The position numbers and the translations under genes were made by a program. The notes below the pieces were generated by a model, which was not told where the DNA came from, made no database searches, and was given only the letters and a program-made list of their open reading frames with translations. From Paraspadella gotoi (Eukaryota > Animalia > Chaetognatha), in NCBI GenBank assembly GCA_051294375.1, contig CM119270.1, positions 1,880,811 to 1,944,810 on the forward strand: a DNA stretch of 64,000 nucleotides. Direction: 5' to 3'. Of the stretch, positions 14,656 through 28,600 are shown piece after piece (position 1 is the stretch's first letter; each line of letters opens with the position of its first letter).

Positions 14656-14808
14656 CTTCGATCAGCTGTAACCACCGGTGTTACAGGCGGTTAAGCGCCC
14701 CGATGCCATCTTAACTGCCTAGGCGGCCACCCGGGCTCGACCCTGACTTTGGGTTGGGGGCGAATACTTGTTGCCCGCACCCAAACTGCCAGTGATGAAG
14801 CGGTTGGG
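14236..14808. repeat. GC-rich hairpin-dense ~390-bp unit, ~1.5 tandem copies (also at ~6995-7442)
   Basis: The unit restarts at ~14625 (ACGTTCAA..GCAGTCCTG). Hairpins include CTGTAAC-N-GTTACAG and TGGTGGATTTTAGTCCACCA; (GTT)n tracts are present. Confidence 0.8.
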
Positions 14809-15089
14809 TTCTATTCGATTTAGAATGGAAGGTGTAATCAGAAACCGTATCTCGAACGATGAAAAAAATTGTAGATGAAAAAAATGAAGTAGAATGTATC
14901 CAAAACTATAAAAAAAATTAACAGTTTTACTCTCAACATATGGTAGCATTAACAGTATACTAGCGCATACACGCGACTATAATTTATTGACATCACTACA
15001 TATGCTATTTTCAGTTTAAAATTTATTTGTTTTCACGGTTTATTCATTTAGCTACTCCAATATATCTATTCATTAATCATAAAAAAGTT

Positions 15090-15585
15090 TGGAGCAAACA
15101 ATGATAAAGCACCAGATAATTCCTTCAAATAGTGATCCAGTTTGCATTTACATTACACATCAGACGATTCCATCGAATTTGAAATTGCCAGCTCAATCAC
15201 CACACAAATTCCAAGTAAATCGCGCCATCCGACATTAATTTGATTAATTAATACATCTTGCATTTACATTTATATAAAAGAAAAGAAGCATAATCAATTA
15301 GTTGCAAACATTTAACTCATTTCACTCAGACGAATATGCATCGATCTTGAATTTCATTTAAATCACACCACTTTCCAACCGCTCATACAAAAATTTCAAG
15401 TCAAAACGCCACCAAGCAATCATGAGTTAATTGCGTTCAAAAGCTAAGGGGGACGGACGGACGGAAGACAGACAGGCATAATAAATTTTTTGTATTTCTG
15501 ACATGATTAAGTGACATAACCGCAGATTGGTAGGGCGGACCGACACGGGATCGACAAAGTGAATTCTAAGCCGGAATCTGCTGTA
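15090..15585 (-). mobile_element. HINE-like family 1 copy, degraded
   Basis: GAGCAAACAATG at ~15092, GACGATTCCATCG central repeat, (GGAC)n, and GCCGGAATCTGCTG. Confidence 0.55.
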
Positions 15586-16452
15586 AAATAGCTAAATAAG
15601 CCTCTTAATAAATATCAATTACTACACACGATATGGTTTTGGAGAGTTTTGAGTCCATATGTTTCCAATTACATAAAAATTCATGTCATACCAACAATAA
15701 TTGTAATAAAATATTGGTTTCTTCAAAGATTAAATCGCTTGGATACATGTTAAAACTAGGACCTATTAAAAGGGAATTGAAAAAATGAATAAACAAAACG
15801 GTAATGCTCAAATGTGTTGCGCCACCTGATGCCTTATCATGTGTATTTACATGACATGAATGTACATGATGTGACTACTACTAAAGCGTAGTAAAAATTC
15901 TAAATTTAACTTTATGTAAATTTCTAAAAGTCAGGAACAAACACAGATACTATAAACATTTATGATAAAAAAAATTTTATTATAAAATTTGCAGTAGGCC
16001 AAGTACTAATCCATAAATTGTTAATTCTTGTCATTAAGTTGGATGCAAATAAAAAAACCTGTATTTTAAGCTGAAAATTAAATCTGTATATATAAATATG
16101 ATTGTATAGTGCATCTCATATCACCGATAGTTGATATAGAAAACAGATTTGGGAAACAGTGCTAATTTTTTTAGCATGCATTCAAACCATTTAGCTGGTT
16201 CATTATTCAAGGAGAAGAATTGTGTGAGGTAAAAAAAAAAAAAATTTAAATAAGAGAAGGTGAGAGGAAGAGGAGGAGACCGGGAGAGAGAAAGAAGCGA
16301 GAGAGAGAGAGAGAGAGAGAGAGAAAGGGATTAATCCCTTTTAGTNNNNNNNNNNNNNNNNNNNNNNNNNNNNNNNNNNNNNNNNNNNNNNNNNNNNNNN
16401 NNNNNNNNNNNNNNNNNNNNNNNNNNNNNNNNNNNNNNNNNNNNNCCATTCA

Positions 16453-19400
16453 GTTCATCTCCGAGCTATCGTGCTCTCGGCGAGCCTCTGAAAACTCTCC
16501 TCAAGATCCTCTGATTTTTCTCGACAAACTTCGAAGGAACTCGGCGACGTCAGCCTCCCGCTGCAGGGTGAGCTCTCTTGTTGTTGTTGTTGTTTGTTGT
16601 TGTTGTTGTTGTTGTGTTGTTGTTGTTGTTGTGTTGTTGTTGTTGTTGTGTTGTGTTGTTGTTATTTTGTTGCTGTTTTTGTTGTTGTTGTTGTTGTTTG
16701 TTATTGTTGTTGCTTTTTGTTATTGTTGCTGTTTGTTGTTGATTTAGTTTTCGTTGTTGCTGACGAGGTTGAAACTCGGCGACGTCGTCCTCCAGCATCC
16801 GGTGAGTTTGTTGCTGAGTGATTTTGTTTTTGCTGTTTTAGTTGCTGGACTTGATATCGTTGTTATTGTTTCTTGTTGTTTTTGGTCGTTTTTCTCTCTT
16901 CTTGTCGTTTTTTTTTTAGTTCGTTTTCATTTCTTTTCCACTAATTAATTTCTTTCATTTTGTTTCTTTGTTTGATTTATCGTCCTTTCCACAAACGCCC
17001 CCCCCCCTACCAGATGGCACCCTCAATAACAACAAAAGACAACAATAAAAGAACAACGAAAGAGCCTTCGCCTCGCCTCGGAGATCCACGCTTCGGTGGC
17101 GGCGAACGACGGAGAGATATGCTTTTGTTCCAAAGTTCGCGGAAGTCCGAAGGCGGCGCTCAGGCCGCGGAGAAGTTGGATCAAACAAAAGATTCGGCGG
17201 CCACCGTCAAGTTCGTCTCGTCTCCTTAAATTTTTTAAACAAATTTTTATTCTTTTTTTTTTTTTTTAAATTCAGATTAATTATACTTTTTATTGAAGAG
17301 GTCAGAGGTTAGGATTAAGGGTTAAGTTATGGATTAGGATATAATCTAGGTTAAAGATTCGGGGTGAAGGAATTGGGTTTTGGGGATAGGGTAAGGGTTA
17401 GCGATTAAGTTTAGGTTTGGTTAGTAATTACGTCCGGAATTCAGGAACAGACAAGAGACGTTTCGGAATTCAGAGCCTTAAAATTTATTTTCCTAAAAAA
17501 AAAACTCCACAGGTCGATCTGGAGAAAACTTCGGCCGTCGAACGTAAACGATAACGAAAGACGTCCCTGGTCAAACACAACAGACAACAACAGAAACTCC
17601 AGCGAGTCTCCACCTCAGAGGAAACCGCCACCCAGCGCACGCCGACGCTCCGAGCCCCGAAGAGATCCGCCGCGCAGCCACCCCGCCGTCGACTGATGCC
17701 ACGGAAAGCCACGCCCGCTCGACTCGAGACGCCAGCCCCTTCCGCGGCGCGGCGGCACGACGATAACGACGACGAGAAAGACGATGGGACGGCGACGACA
17801 CAACAAACAAAGAGGGAGGAGGAGGAGGAGGAGTGAAGGAGGAGGCAGGAGAGGAGGAGAGACGAGGAAAAGGGAGGATCGGCGAAGGAGGAAGAGGAGG
17901 AGGAGGGGAGGAGGAGGAAGAGAGGAGGAGGATGAGGAAGAGATCTGAAACAGATCATCTTTCATCGACGGAAACGACGGTCGACGATTTGGCGCAACAA
18001 TATGTGGATTCGCCCTCAAGTACCAGTCATTTGTTTTTTTCCCCTTGTTCTCCTTTGTTGTTGTTTTTTTGTTTTTGTTTTTTTTTTTTTACTTAATTTC
18101 TCTGTTATCTTTAGCTACATAGCATTTTTGGCTTTCTTGTAACGGTTTTTTTTCTCATTTACTTTATATGAATTGTTTGGAAATTGTCTCGTGTTCCCCT
18201 TTTAACTATGGCTTTTAATTTTGTTTGTTTGCTTATTACTCGAATCGCAACTTTATAAAAAACTCATATTGAAACATCCTTTACCAACACATCGTAACCA
18301 CCTTTCTGCCGTATTGTCAACACCCTACCCGCCACCTTAACCCCCCCCTACCACCAGTTTCCCTCTCGACTTTCCCCCCGACGACGTCCTGCAGGTCAGC
18401 CTGACCCTCAAGGTGCCCGCCCGGCACCTTAACCGAGGCTGATTTGCGGTTGCGAGGCGTGGAAGTACCAGATATCCGGTGGCCATACAGGAAGGGACGA
18501 TCGTTGATTGACTTATCTCGTTAAACTGTCGACGAAGAATAGGAAGAGTTGAGGTTTAAGGTTAAGTTTAGAGGGGCTTTGGGGACGGAGGGAAGTTATA
18601 CATTTGATCAAAGAGACTTATCATATATTAAATATAAAATATAAAAGGAATAAAAATTAAAATCTATTATACAGGGGAGGGAGCCTATAACGACCCCTTG
18701 TAGTGTTTAATTTTTTCGTTGTAAATAAAAATAATCAACTCATCCTTCCCCATGTCTATTCAGCCGAGCCATGTCAAAACCGTCATCCTTCCATGTCCTA
18801 TTCCAGCCCGAGCCATGTAAACTGCATCCTTTCCCATGTCCCTATTCCAGCCCAGCCATTCAAGTCAACCTTCCCATGTCCATTTCCAGCCACAACCATG
18901 TCACTCATTCGTTCCCAGTCCCTTTTCCAGCCTGAGCCATGTCAACTTAACCTTCCCCATGTAACCTTGCAGCCCCGAAGCCATTAGTCAAACTCATCCT
19001 TCCCCATTGTCCTTCCCAGCCCAAAGCCAGGTCAACTCATCCTTTCCCCAGTCCTTTCCCAGCCAGAGCCATGTCAACTCATCCTTCCCACTGTCCCTTT
19101 CCAGCCCGAGCCATGTCAAACTCATCCCATTTCCCATGTCTCTTTGCCCAGCCCGAGAGTGTCAATCATTCCTTCCCATGTTCCCTTCCAGCCCGAGCCA
19201 TGTCAACTACTCCTTCCCCATGTCCTTTTCCAGCCCGAGCCATGTCAACCATCGCCTTCCCCATGTCCCTTTCCAAGCCCAGAGCCATGTCAACTCATTC
19301 TTCCCATGTCCCTCTTCCAGCCCGAGCCATGTCAACTCATCGCTTCCCCAGTCCTTTTCAGCCCGAGCCATGTCAACTCATCCTTCCCCAGTCCCATTTT

Positions 19401-22400
19401 TCTAGGCCCGACCATGTCAACTCATCCTTCCCCATGGTCCATTTCCAGCCCGAGCCATCTGTCAACTCATCCTTCCCCATGTCCCTTTTCCAGCCCGAGC
19501 CATGTCAACTCATCCTTCCCATGTCCCTTTCCAGCTCTGAGCCATGTCCAACTCATCCCCCCTTTCCGCCATGTTCCCTTTCCAGCCCCGAGCCAATGTC
19601 AAGACTCATCCTTACCCCATGTCCCTTCCCAGCCCGAGCCATTCAAACTCACCTTCCCCATGTCCCTTCCAGCCCACCAGTCAACTCATCCCTTCCCCAT
19701 CTGTCGCTTTCCAGCCTGAGCCATGTCAACTCATCCTTTCCCATGTCCCTTTCCAGCCCAAGCCATGTCAAAGTCATTCCTCCCCATGTCCCTTTCCAGC
19801 CCAGCCATGATCCAACCTCATTCTTCCCCATTCCCTTTCAAGCCCGATCCATGTTCAACTCATCACTGTCTCCCATGTCCCTTTTCAGCCCAAGCCATTC
19901 AACTCATCCTTCCCATGCCCTTTTCCAGCCCGAGCCATGGTCAAACTTCATCCTTCCCCAGTCCCTCTTCCCAGCCCGAGCCATGTCACTCATCCTTCCC
20001 CATGGTCCCTTTCCAGCCCGAGGCCATGTCAACTCATCCTTCCCCATGTCCCTTCTGGCCTCTGGCCAACAGTGCACGGCAAAAAAACCATCGTGAAAAT
20101 TGCCTGTCGACTTCACAGGGTAAAACTCACGGGCAACTGGAGTGTAGAATTGAGATCGAGATTATTAATTCAGCCGGAAAAACAGGTGAGAATTGTGAAT
20201 CTCGATTCACGAGTCATTCCTACTATTTTTTGCTCATACTTGTCGCTTCTTAATATGTTTATACTATACCGAATGTTTCAAGGTTATTGATATTAATTTT
20301 ATTAGATTTAAGAAAGGAAAGATTACTCAATTTATCAATTTTATTATTTGTTCTTCATTAAACTTTTGTTATTTGACTTTATATCTAAGATAATGTCTGA
20401 GCAATAGTGCTGAACACAAGAATGTCAATTGAAAATATTCTTTATTGTTTATCAATAAGTATTTTTAAAATATTTTTATTTTTAATTGTAAAATAAACGG
20501 CGTTTCTAAAAAATAGTAAAACCAATTTCAGAAAATTAAGCAAAAACAAATATTTCGTATTGCATTTGTTGAGGCGTAAATGTGAACTGCGGTTCCAACT
20601 TTATTGAAATTACTAAAAGCCATCAAATTTCTTTCCTTTTACAATTAAAATTTTAGTTAAACTATTGAATTTTAAAATGTATCCCCAACAGCCCCACTGT
20701 CAAATATGACTTGGAATTAAACTCCTTAATTTTTCGTTTCTTCTTTCTGGTTAAAACGACGAATTGGATGTAGAAGAGGAGAAAAGGAGAAAGAGGCATG
20801 AAGAAGGAGGAGAAAGATGAGCGTGAAAGCAAGGAAGAGGAAGAGGGAAAGGAAGAGGAGGAGGAAGAGGAGGATGGAAGAGGATATACGCTTAAAATGG
20901 AGGCGGAGAAAAAGACATAAGGATTTTAAATAACAGCATTAGTTAATAAATTAGTTCAATTAAAACTGCGTTGCAAAAAATAAATTAATAATAGATTATC
21001 ATCATATAATCCTGATAGATATTTTAAAAAAATTACCGCCTGCGTAATTAATGATGGATTAATTTAGAAGATAAAAACAAACGAATGCATTAAGTAATTA
21101 ATTAAAGTTTTTAAAAATCGGTCCGCGAATGAATTAAAAGTGAGATTAAATTTAACTCTATAATAACGTCTCGTTTGCTACGTTTGGAAAATTCATTGTA
21201 ATAATTTTTTTAAAAAGATTTTACACTCGAATAATTCCAATATTTAAATTACTAAAAAGCGAAGGAGGAAGCCGCTCGGAAGAAGGCAAGTGAAAAAGCC
21301 TAAAAGACGATATTGAGCCAGAGAAGAGGAACAAGTCAATGACATTGACGGGTATGTATGAAACCTGTATTACGTTTTTAAAACTGGATACCAATGAATT
21401 GCATTAATTAATTTACCAACAAAAAAAGACGATAAATGGATAAATCCTTCTTCCAAACAAAACTTGGGAAGAAAGTTTGTTTAACGTGTCTTAATATTTT
21501 CTGCTCAAAAATATGTTTGCGCTTTAATTTATGTGATGTTCCGCTTTTGTTCGTCTCTCTGTCCTTTATGTCTTTCTGTCTTTCTGTCCGGAATTTCCGT
21601 CTCTCTGTCTCTATCTCTCTCTGTTAGTTCTTGACGTACACGTAGAAAAAACATTAAGATGTTCATTTTTTTCCGCGTGTTCTTTTTTTTTCTTTCAAAC
21701 CAAGATTTACGGATGTAATCTTGATTTCTATTTTATTTGTACAATATCAAATGTTATATAACTTATTACTGGTATAAATATTCCTTAAAAAGCTATGGTG
21801 TGAATTTGGTCGGTTCAGTAAATACAATAAATATGTATTATCTTGATGAATTAAGACTATATAAACTTACTGATCACCTTTGTTTAATTCGTGAAAAAAG
21901 TTGAAATTTAAAAATAAAGATTACAATTCATACCAAAGATATCAACCAAAGAATATAATCTACGGATTACTAAAATCGCGCGCAGTGTTAAATTAACTTT
22001 AAAAGCTTTTTTCGTTACACTAATTTCCCGTTACGAATGAATTAGCGAAAACGAATGGCGAATCAAATTTTGGAGGTACAATCATTTCGTCTTGCTATCC
22101 CAATTTTCATTTCTAGTTTTGCGCCAATTGACATTAAAGCGGTGGGCCAAAAAAGTTAAATGTACTAAGCCATTAATTGCTTCTTGCAAATATAGTACAT
22201 ATTTTTTGGCAGACCGCTTGTAAACCGTCACTTTCGGTGTATCGTTAGGCAACGGTGACTTAGATGCACCATTAATAAATAATTATCAATAATAATATCA
22301 AATATTAACAATTCAAGTAGCAAAAATTTAGCGGAAACCGTAAGTCCTAGTTTCCGATTCACGTCGTATAACATTGCCGTAACCAAAAGTCATGTTTTCT

Positions 22401-25400
22401 CACGATTTAACAAAAAGTTTTTTAACTTTTTTCATCTCAAGGATCAGGTAAGAGGACGACTGAAAATATATAATGCACAATTACGCCGATGATAACATAA
22501 AAAAAAAAAATATCCGGCTATTATATCTATACGTACATCTAAAATTTTTTATATTTTTGCTCTGTGCAATCTAATCTGTTTTGCAACTGCAAAAACTATC
22601 TTCAACCCTCAACAATTAAGCAAGCTTCGTCATTTTCTCGTAATCTCACACGTCAAGGAAATCGAATATTGCTTTGCTATTTCGTAACAAGAGGGCATCA
22701 CTCAGCCATTTTGCATAGATGAAATCCTATCTCGAATTAGTTACTTTATCAAGTATTTATCAATTTAAATTAATTTTTTCTTCTTCTTCAGACGACATTT
22801 GGTGAAACGAGTCTTCCAGTTCATTTGACGACCGTCGTATGGCATGATCAGCAGATTCAGTCGTGGGCGTTTGATTTCAAACAATTCAGATCAGATGGGT
22901 TCAATTCAAATATCCAGGTTAAATGGGATGGAATTAGATCATTTCTGGTCCGATGGGTGATTTCAAATAGTTCACAGATTAGTGGTTTTCATAATCATCC
23001 AGGCCAGATGGATTTGATTCAATCATTAGGTCAGATGGGTTGATTCAAACGATTCAGGTTAAAGGATGATCAAGATCATCCGGTCCGATGGGTTGATTCA
23101 AATAGTTCACGATCAGAAGGTTTGTTCAAATTATCCAGGCCGATGGTTGATTCCAAATCATTCAGGTCAGATGGGTTGATTCAGGAATATCAGGTTGATT
23201 AAGATGTTCAGTCAGGTGGATGGAGTAAAATGTAGGGTTTTGGCATTACAGTTTGTTTGCGTGAACGTTCTGGTTTTGATTCGAAAATTAAAGCGAATCA
23301 GAGGTTCATGTATCATATTCATTGGAGATGAAATAAATTAGATTGTAAGGAGAGCCTTGATTGAAAGCTTGCAGGAGCCTGTTTGTCAATATTCTTGTAC
23401 GAGTGATAGCCCGGCCCAAAGTCAGGGCCAAAATAGATTAATTTATTGAATCATTGGATGATATTATATTTGTAAATTACAAAACCCGCTGCCCCTTGTT
23501 CCGCTCTCAGACGCGATCGTCAGGTCGTCCGTCACGAAGTTCCGTCTCATCCACCACCGACCCAAGAGTCAAGTTTCAGATTCACAAGGGATGCTAGATT
23601 TCGAACTAACATCGCCATCAGGTCATTAGAGTTTAGTTGTGTCACGTCGTGTTTACATTGTGTGTTCCATTTATCTGTTTCCGCGCCCCTAAATAAACAC
23701 ATAACAACAACAACAACGGAAAACCATCACCGTTTTCAGGACGCGACCGACGACAGCGAGCGATCTGATGGACATTTTCCTCCGCACTCGTGATGTAGAG
23801 GATGGACTTCCTCATCCATCATGAAGTCGATTTCTCGACTTCGTTCTGTGGGTGAGAATCATTCAACCCGTCGCCATTCAGGTTTTTTGGGGGGGGAGGG
23901 GAGAGAGGGAGTGGGAAGGGGCAAGGAGAAGGGAAAAGGGAGGGGCGAAGGGAGGGGAGAGGAAGAGGAGGAGGAGAAAAAAGGGGGAGAGGAGGCAGGA
24001 GAGGGTAGGAGAGAGGAGAGGAGGAGGAGGGAAGGTGGGAATGGGGAGAGGAAAGGGGGAGAGGGAGAAGGGGGAGGAAGGGAGAGAGGGGGGGAGGAGA
24101 GAGAGGAAGGAGGAGGATGGGGTAGGAAATGAAAACAAAGATATATATTAATGAATGATTATGAAGACAAAGACAACGATCCTCTTGACCAAAACGATAA
24201 TTTACGGAATTAAATTTCGTCCAAAAGAAAATCAAACAAAACAGACTTGAACACGCTGGATATCTGCCTTTACCTGATATCCTTTACCGATATCTCCTTT
24301 ACCCTCAGGTGCCCTGCAAAGCTCCGTCGCGGCCCGGCAGCTCCGGGCGCAGAGACGAAAAAAACCGGCGGCCCGCAGCCAAGCGCGGCCGGAGAAGCGA
24401 CGCCGGCGAATAGCGACGACGAGTCCGTCAACGCCGGCGCGAAACAAAGGAACAATCAGGGGAACGGGTCTCGGTGAGAGGGGTGAAAGGCGGGCAGAAC
24501 TGTGCGAGAAAAGGAGGTGAGCCGTTGTTTGTCATTTTGTAAACTTGGCTACGCATGGCTTCCGGCTCCTTCTAAAAATAAATCTAATCAATCTTTAAAA
24601 AAAAATATATATCGTGATTTTGGTAGTAATGAAAAATAAAAATAAATAAAATGTAAGTTAACCCATCACTGCTATTTGTATGAGTGAATTGATTTTTTTT
24701 ATAATCATTTCCGGATTTTTTTGAATGGATCTGTTAATATTGAAGTTTTTAAAATAACTAAAAAAAAAACCTTAATTTTTTAAAGATTCCGTAAGCCACT
24801 GGACTTTGTGTCCTTTAAAATTTCAGCGTCCGGACGAATGCCAAAAAAAATAATACATTATCTTGACATTTAGTGCAAAACAGGTACTATTTTAAAAAAA
24901 AATATTTATCCTCGCATTCAGGTCGCACTTGGGGATGACACTCTTCATCTTTTTAGTAAGAGAAAAAAAAACATTCATTTTTCAAATCTACCTTCGTTGC
25001 GAAATCCGATTATGAGAGAAAAATAGAACAATGTCTTGTTTGGTTTGTGAATTGTGATACAATACTTGCTTCTTCTTCGTTAGTTGTTTTTATAAATAGT
25101 TGGAAAAAGTTTACAAGCACCTTTGAGTCAAAGAATACTAGAATAATTAATGTGCTTGCGTGTATGTCATCTTTGGAGATTGATTGGTTAGAAAAGATTG
25201 GTGCGTTAGAACTTAGATTTTAGATCATCTCAAAGATAAAGCAAAAAACACTGCGATATTACTGTTCAATTACTTTTTAATTTAATTAAATTTTTTCCTT
25301 CACATTTGCAAGCCTAATTTCAGCGCGATTAAAACTACACCTATACATTAACAAGCGATAGAAGATAACAAACGATGATGTTGATCTTCACTTATTTTAG

Positions 25401-25659
25401 TTGACGATTCCTGGTGGGCAATTGAAAGATGATTTTAAAAACGATACTGAAATAATCAAGAACTTAAGAAGATTAGAACGGCTGCCTAAAAAATTCAGCC
25501 CATAGCAGATTTATTAAGCGAAAGTAAATAGTTTTTATAAATGCTTTTTCTGTTCATGATTTGTAAACAATATATTTTTTTTAATTAATTTTCTTTTTTT
25601 AGATTTACCTGATAAATTCGTTCTTTCTCCCAGGACTGACGAAGTGAGTTTTATGAGAC

Positions 25660-25690
<31 letters not shown>

Positions 25691-28600
25691 CGAGACGAGA
25701 TGGAAGAGAGAAGAGAGAGAGAGGAGAGAGAGAAGAGGGACGCAATCAAGTAAAATTAATTAAAATTAAATTACATTCGTGAAACCTCGATGTAAATTAT
25801 TCCTCAGACTTTGGGAAGTTCGTGACGCCGTCGGAATTTCCTCCGAGTAAAGAAGTGATTTGGGAAGTTTGAATTATCGACCGGAGAGACTTCACGAAGG
25901 TGAGGGAGGGGAAAGGGTTTGAAAAAGTGTTGGGAGGAAAAGGAGAAAATGAGGGAGGAAAGGGAGGAAAGTCAGGGGAGGAAAGGAGGAAAGTGAGGGG
26001 AAAGCAGGAAAGTCAGGTGAAAGGGAGGAAAAGTGAGGGGAGGAAAGGGTTGAAAAGTGAGGGAGGAAAGAAGGAAAAGTGAGGGGAGGAAGGAGGAAAA
26101 AGTGGGGGAGAAAAGTGAGGAAAAGTGAGGGGAGGAAAGGGAGAAAGTGAGGCGGAGGAAAGGAGGAAATGTGTTGGGAGGAAAGGGAGGAAAGTGAAGG
26201 GGAGGAAAGGGAGATAAGAAAGGGGAAAAAAAATAATTACTGACGGAATAAAAGAAGAGAAAAGAAAGAGTAAAGAAAAGAGAAAAAAATAACTTCTGAC
26301 TTATCCTCTTCTTTTTCCCGCCAAAAGACTAATCGTGATGCGACTTAAACCGACGTGCGAAATCCGGACAACCGGAGGAACTCGCCCGTCCAGATGGAAC
26401 TTGCGTTGAACGAAGGAAAGATTCGGCGTATTTCTCTTTCAAAAGGATTGGACGATCCACGAGGGTTCTGCAGAATTTGGTGAGCCACTCTTTGTCGAGG
26501 AGTGCCCCCGTTTTTGTTAATTAGTCTTCAGAAGTTAAACTTAATTTTATATTAATTTTAATGTTTAACCTAAATTGTATTTTTATAGGACCAATCTCTA
26601 ACCCTAATCTTATTTCTTAATTTCTAACTCCAAACCACTTAACCTAAACCCTAGTCCTTTAACCAGTAATCCCTAACCAAGTTCCTGACTTAATCCAGTT
26701 AACCTTAAGTTTTTGAACCTTAACCTCTCACTTAGATCTCTAACTATGAGAATTGACCTAATTCTGATATTTGGGTGTTCAGAAAATAAGGCCATGTCGT
26801 TGTGGGCGGTTGTATTGTAATTGTGGTTATTTAGGGTCGGATTGTCTTATGTGGTTGTTGTTGTTGTCGTTTGTGGTTGTTGTCATGTGGTCGGTGTTGT
26901 TGTCGTTGTGGTGTTGTGTTTGTCTCTCAATTTGAGTTGTTATTTATGTATTTAACTTTTACTGACTGCCAGACTTTCTTAGTTAGAAACACAGAATTTT
27001 TTTTTACAATTAGACGTAGCCATTACATCAACTCAACACAAACTTTGTGACAACTCGTTCAAAGCGTGACCACTTATTTCTGACGAATATACTTGTCTAT
27101 GATGAAACGACCCATTTTACGACAAAATATCCTGACATTTGAGACATGTCACAAATTTTAATTCATCAGGCGACTAAATCCGATTCGGGAGAAAATTGAA
27201 GAAAGACTCACAAACAGGCATTGCCTAAGACGGCGGTGTGCTGACACGACTTGCCATCATCAAGGAGGACCAAAGCGTAGAGTTAGTGAGGGGACAAGGA
27301 TAGAAAAAGGGGGACAAAGACATAGAAATAGTGGGACAAAGGACAGAGAGTATAAGAGGGACAAAGGATAGGGGAGATCAAGGATAGAAGTATTGATGAG
27401 AGATTTAAGGGGACAGATATAAAAAATTACATGGAACCAAAGGATAGAGTAGGGGGACAAGGAATTAGAGAAATACGTGGGACAAAGACAAAATTCGGAA
27501 CAAAAGTATATAGGTTAGAGGTTAGGAAGATAAATGATAGGAGTTAGTCGTTTTATGGGTTGTGCTCAACGTTATTTTATGGTGAGTTATCATAAAAACA
27601 ATTCTTTTTACATATTTAAAAAGAAATGGTCTGCTATTTTTGTTTTTCTTCCGCCAGATCAAATTTCGCAACAACATCAACAAGCGCCGCCAATCCGAGT
27701 CGCTTCTGATTCCTTTTCACGCGGAATTTGAGATCGAGAAGTTTTTTCAAAAATCTCAGAAGTAGAAAATCTTCAGGGTGAGTTTAAATATTCCCGGCTA
27801 AGTAATTCATACCAGAATTTCAGTTGTATTTGTTCCGGAGCTGGCTCATCATGGTCACATATTGTATTATACCGGACAAAGTTCGTTTTATTTCTTAGTA
27901 TATTTCTTTATAGCAGAAAAAAGTTAGCATAGATTCATGGGTAAGTTTTCATGGTTTCTCGTAGGTTAACTTTCTTTTTTAATGGTTAAATTTCATTTAT
28001 CAGAATTGTAATTTATTCTAGGGTAGTTCATTTATTACCCATTAGGTAATTTCATTCATTTTTAATTGAAATGAAACAGTTTATAATTTTATCATTTCTT
28101 CCCATTGTCGAACATGATCCCCACTGAAATGACATTATATAGATCCTTTCTTTTGTTTGCCTCCTGCGCAGGCAATTACAAATCACGGTTTCAGGGATTC
28201 GTTCGTTGGCATGAAAGACCAAGAAGAAATCTCTTCGGGGAGGATCTCAATTCAGTTGAGAGGTTGATGGAAGAACGGACAGACAGACGGACGCCCACGA
28301 AAGACAAGGAAAGGCAGAGAGACAACACAGAGATATATGTAGACTTAAAGGCAGATACCGTCGGACAGAAAAGAGAATAGAAACAACTGACAGACGACGT
28401 ACGACAACCAGAGTGACAGGCATACCAACAGACACGGACGGAAGACAAAGAAATAGAAGACAACAGAGTGACAGGCATACCAAAACAGACAGAAAGGACG
28501 ATAGGCCAGACACGGAAGACAACCAGAGTGACAGACATACAGACAGACAGACTCGGAAGACAAACGGACAAAGAAAAAGGTGCGACATTAATACTTACCC

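Noticed and set aside
17305-17425. Interstitial telomeric repeat (also 26590-26730, 52845-52950)
   Set aside because: These are highly degenerate TTAGG-like intronic low-complexity tracts with no perfect tandem run.
18735-20052. CRISPR-like array or standalone 341-aa ORF
   Set aside because: There are no unique spacers or cas genes and the context is eukaryotic. The long ORFs are by-products of a stop-poor repeat.
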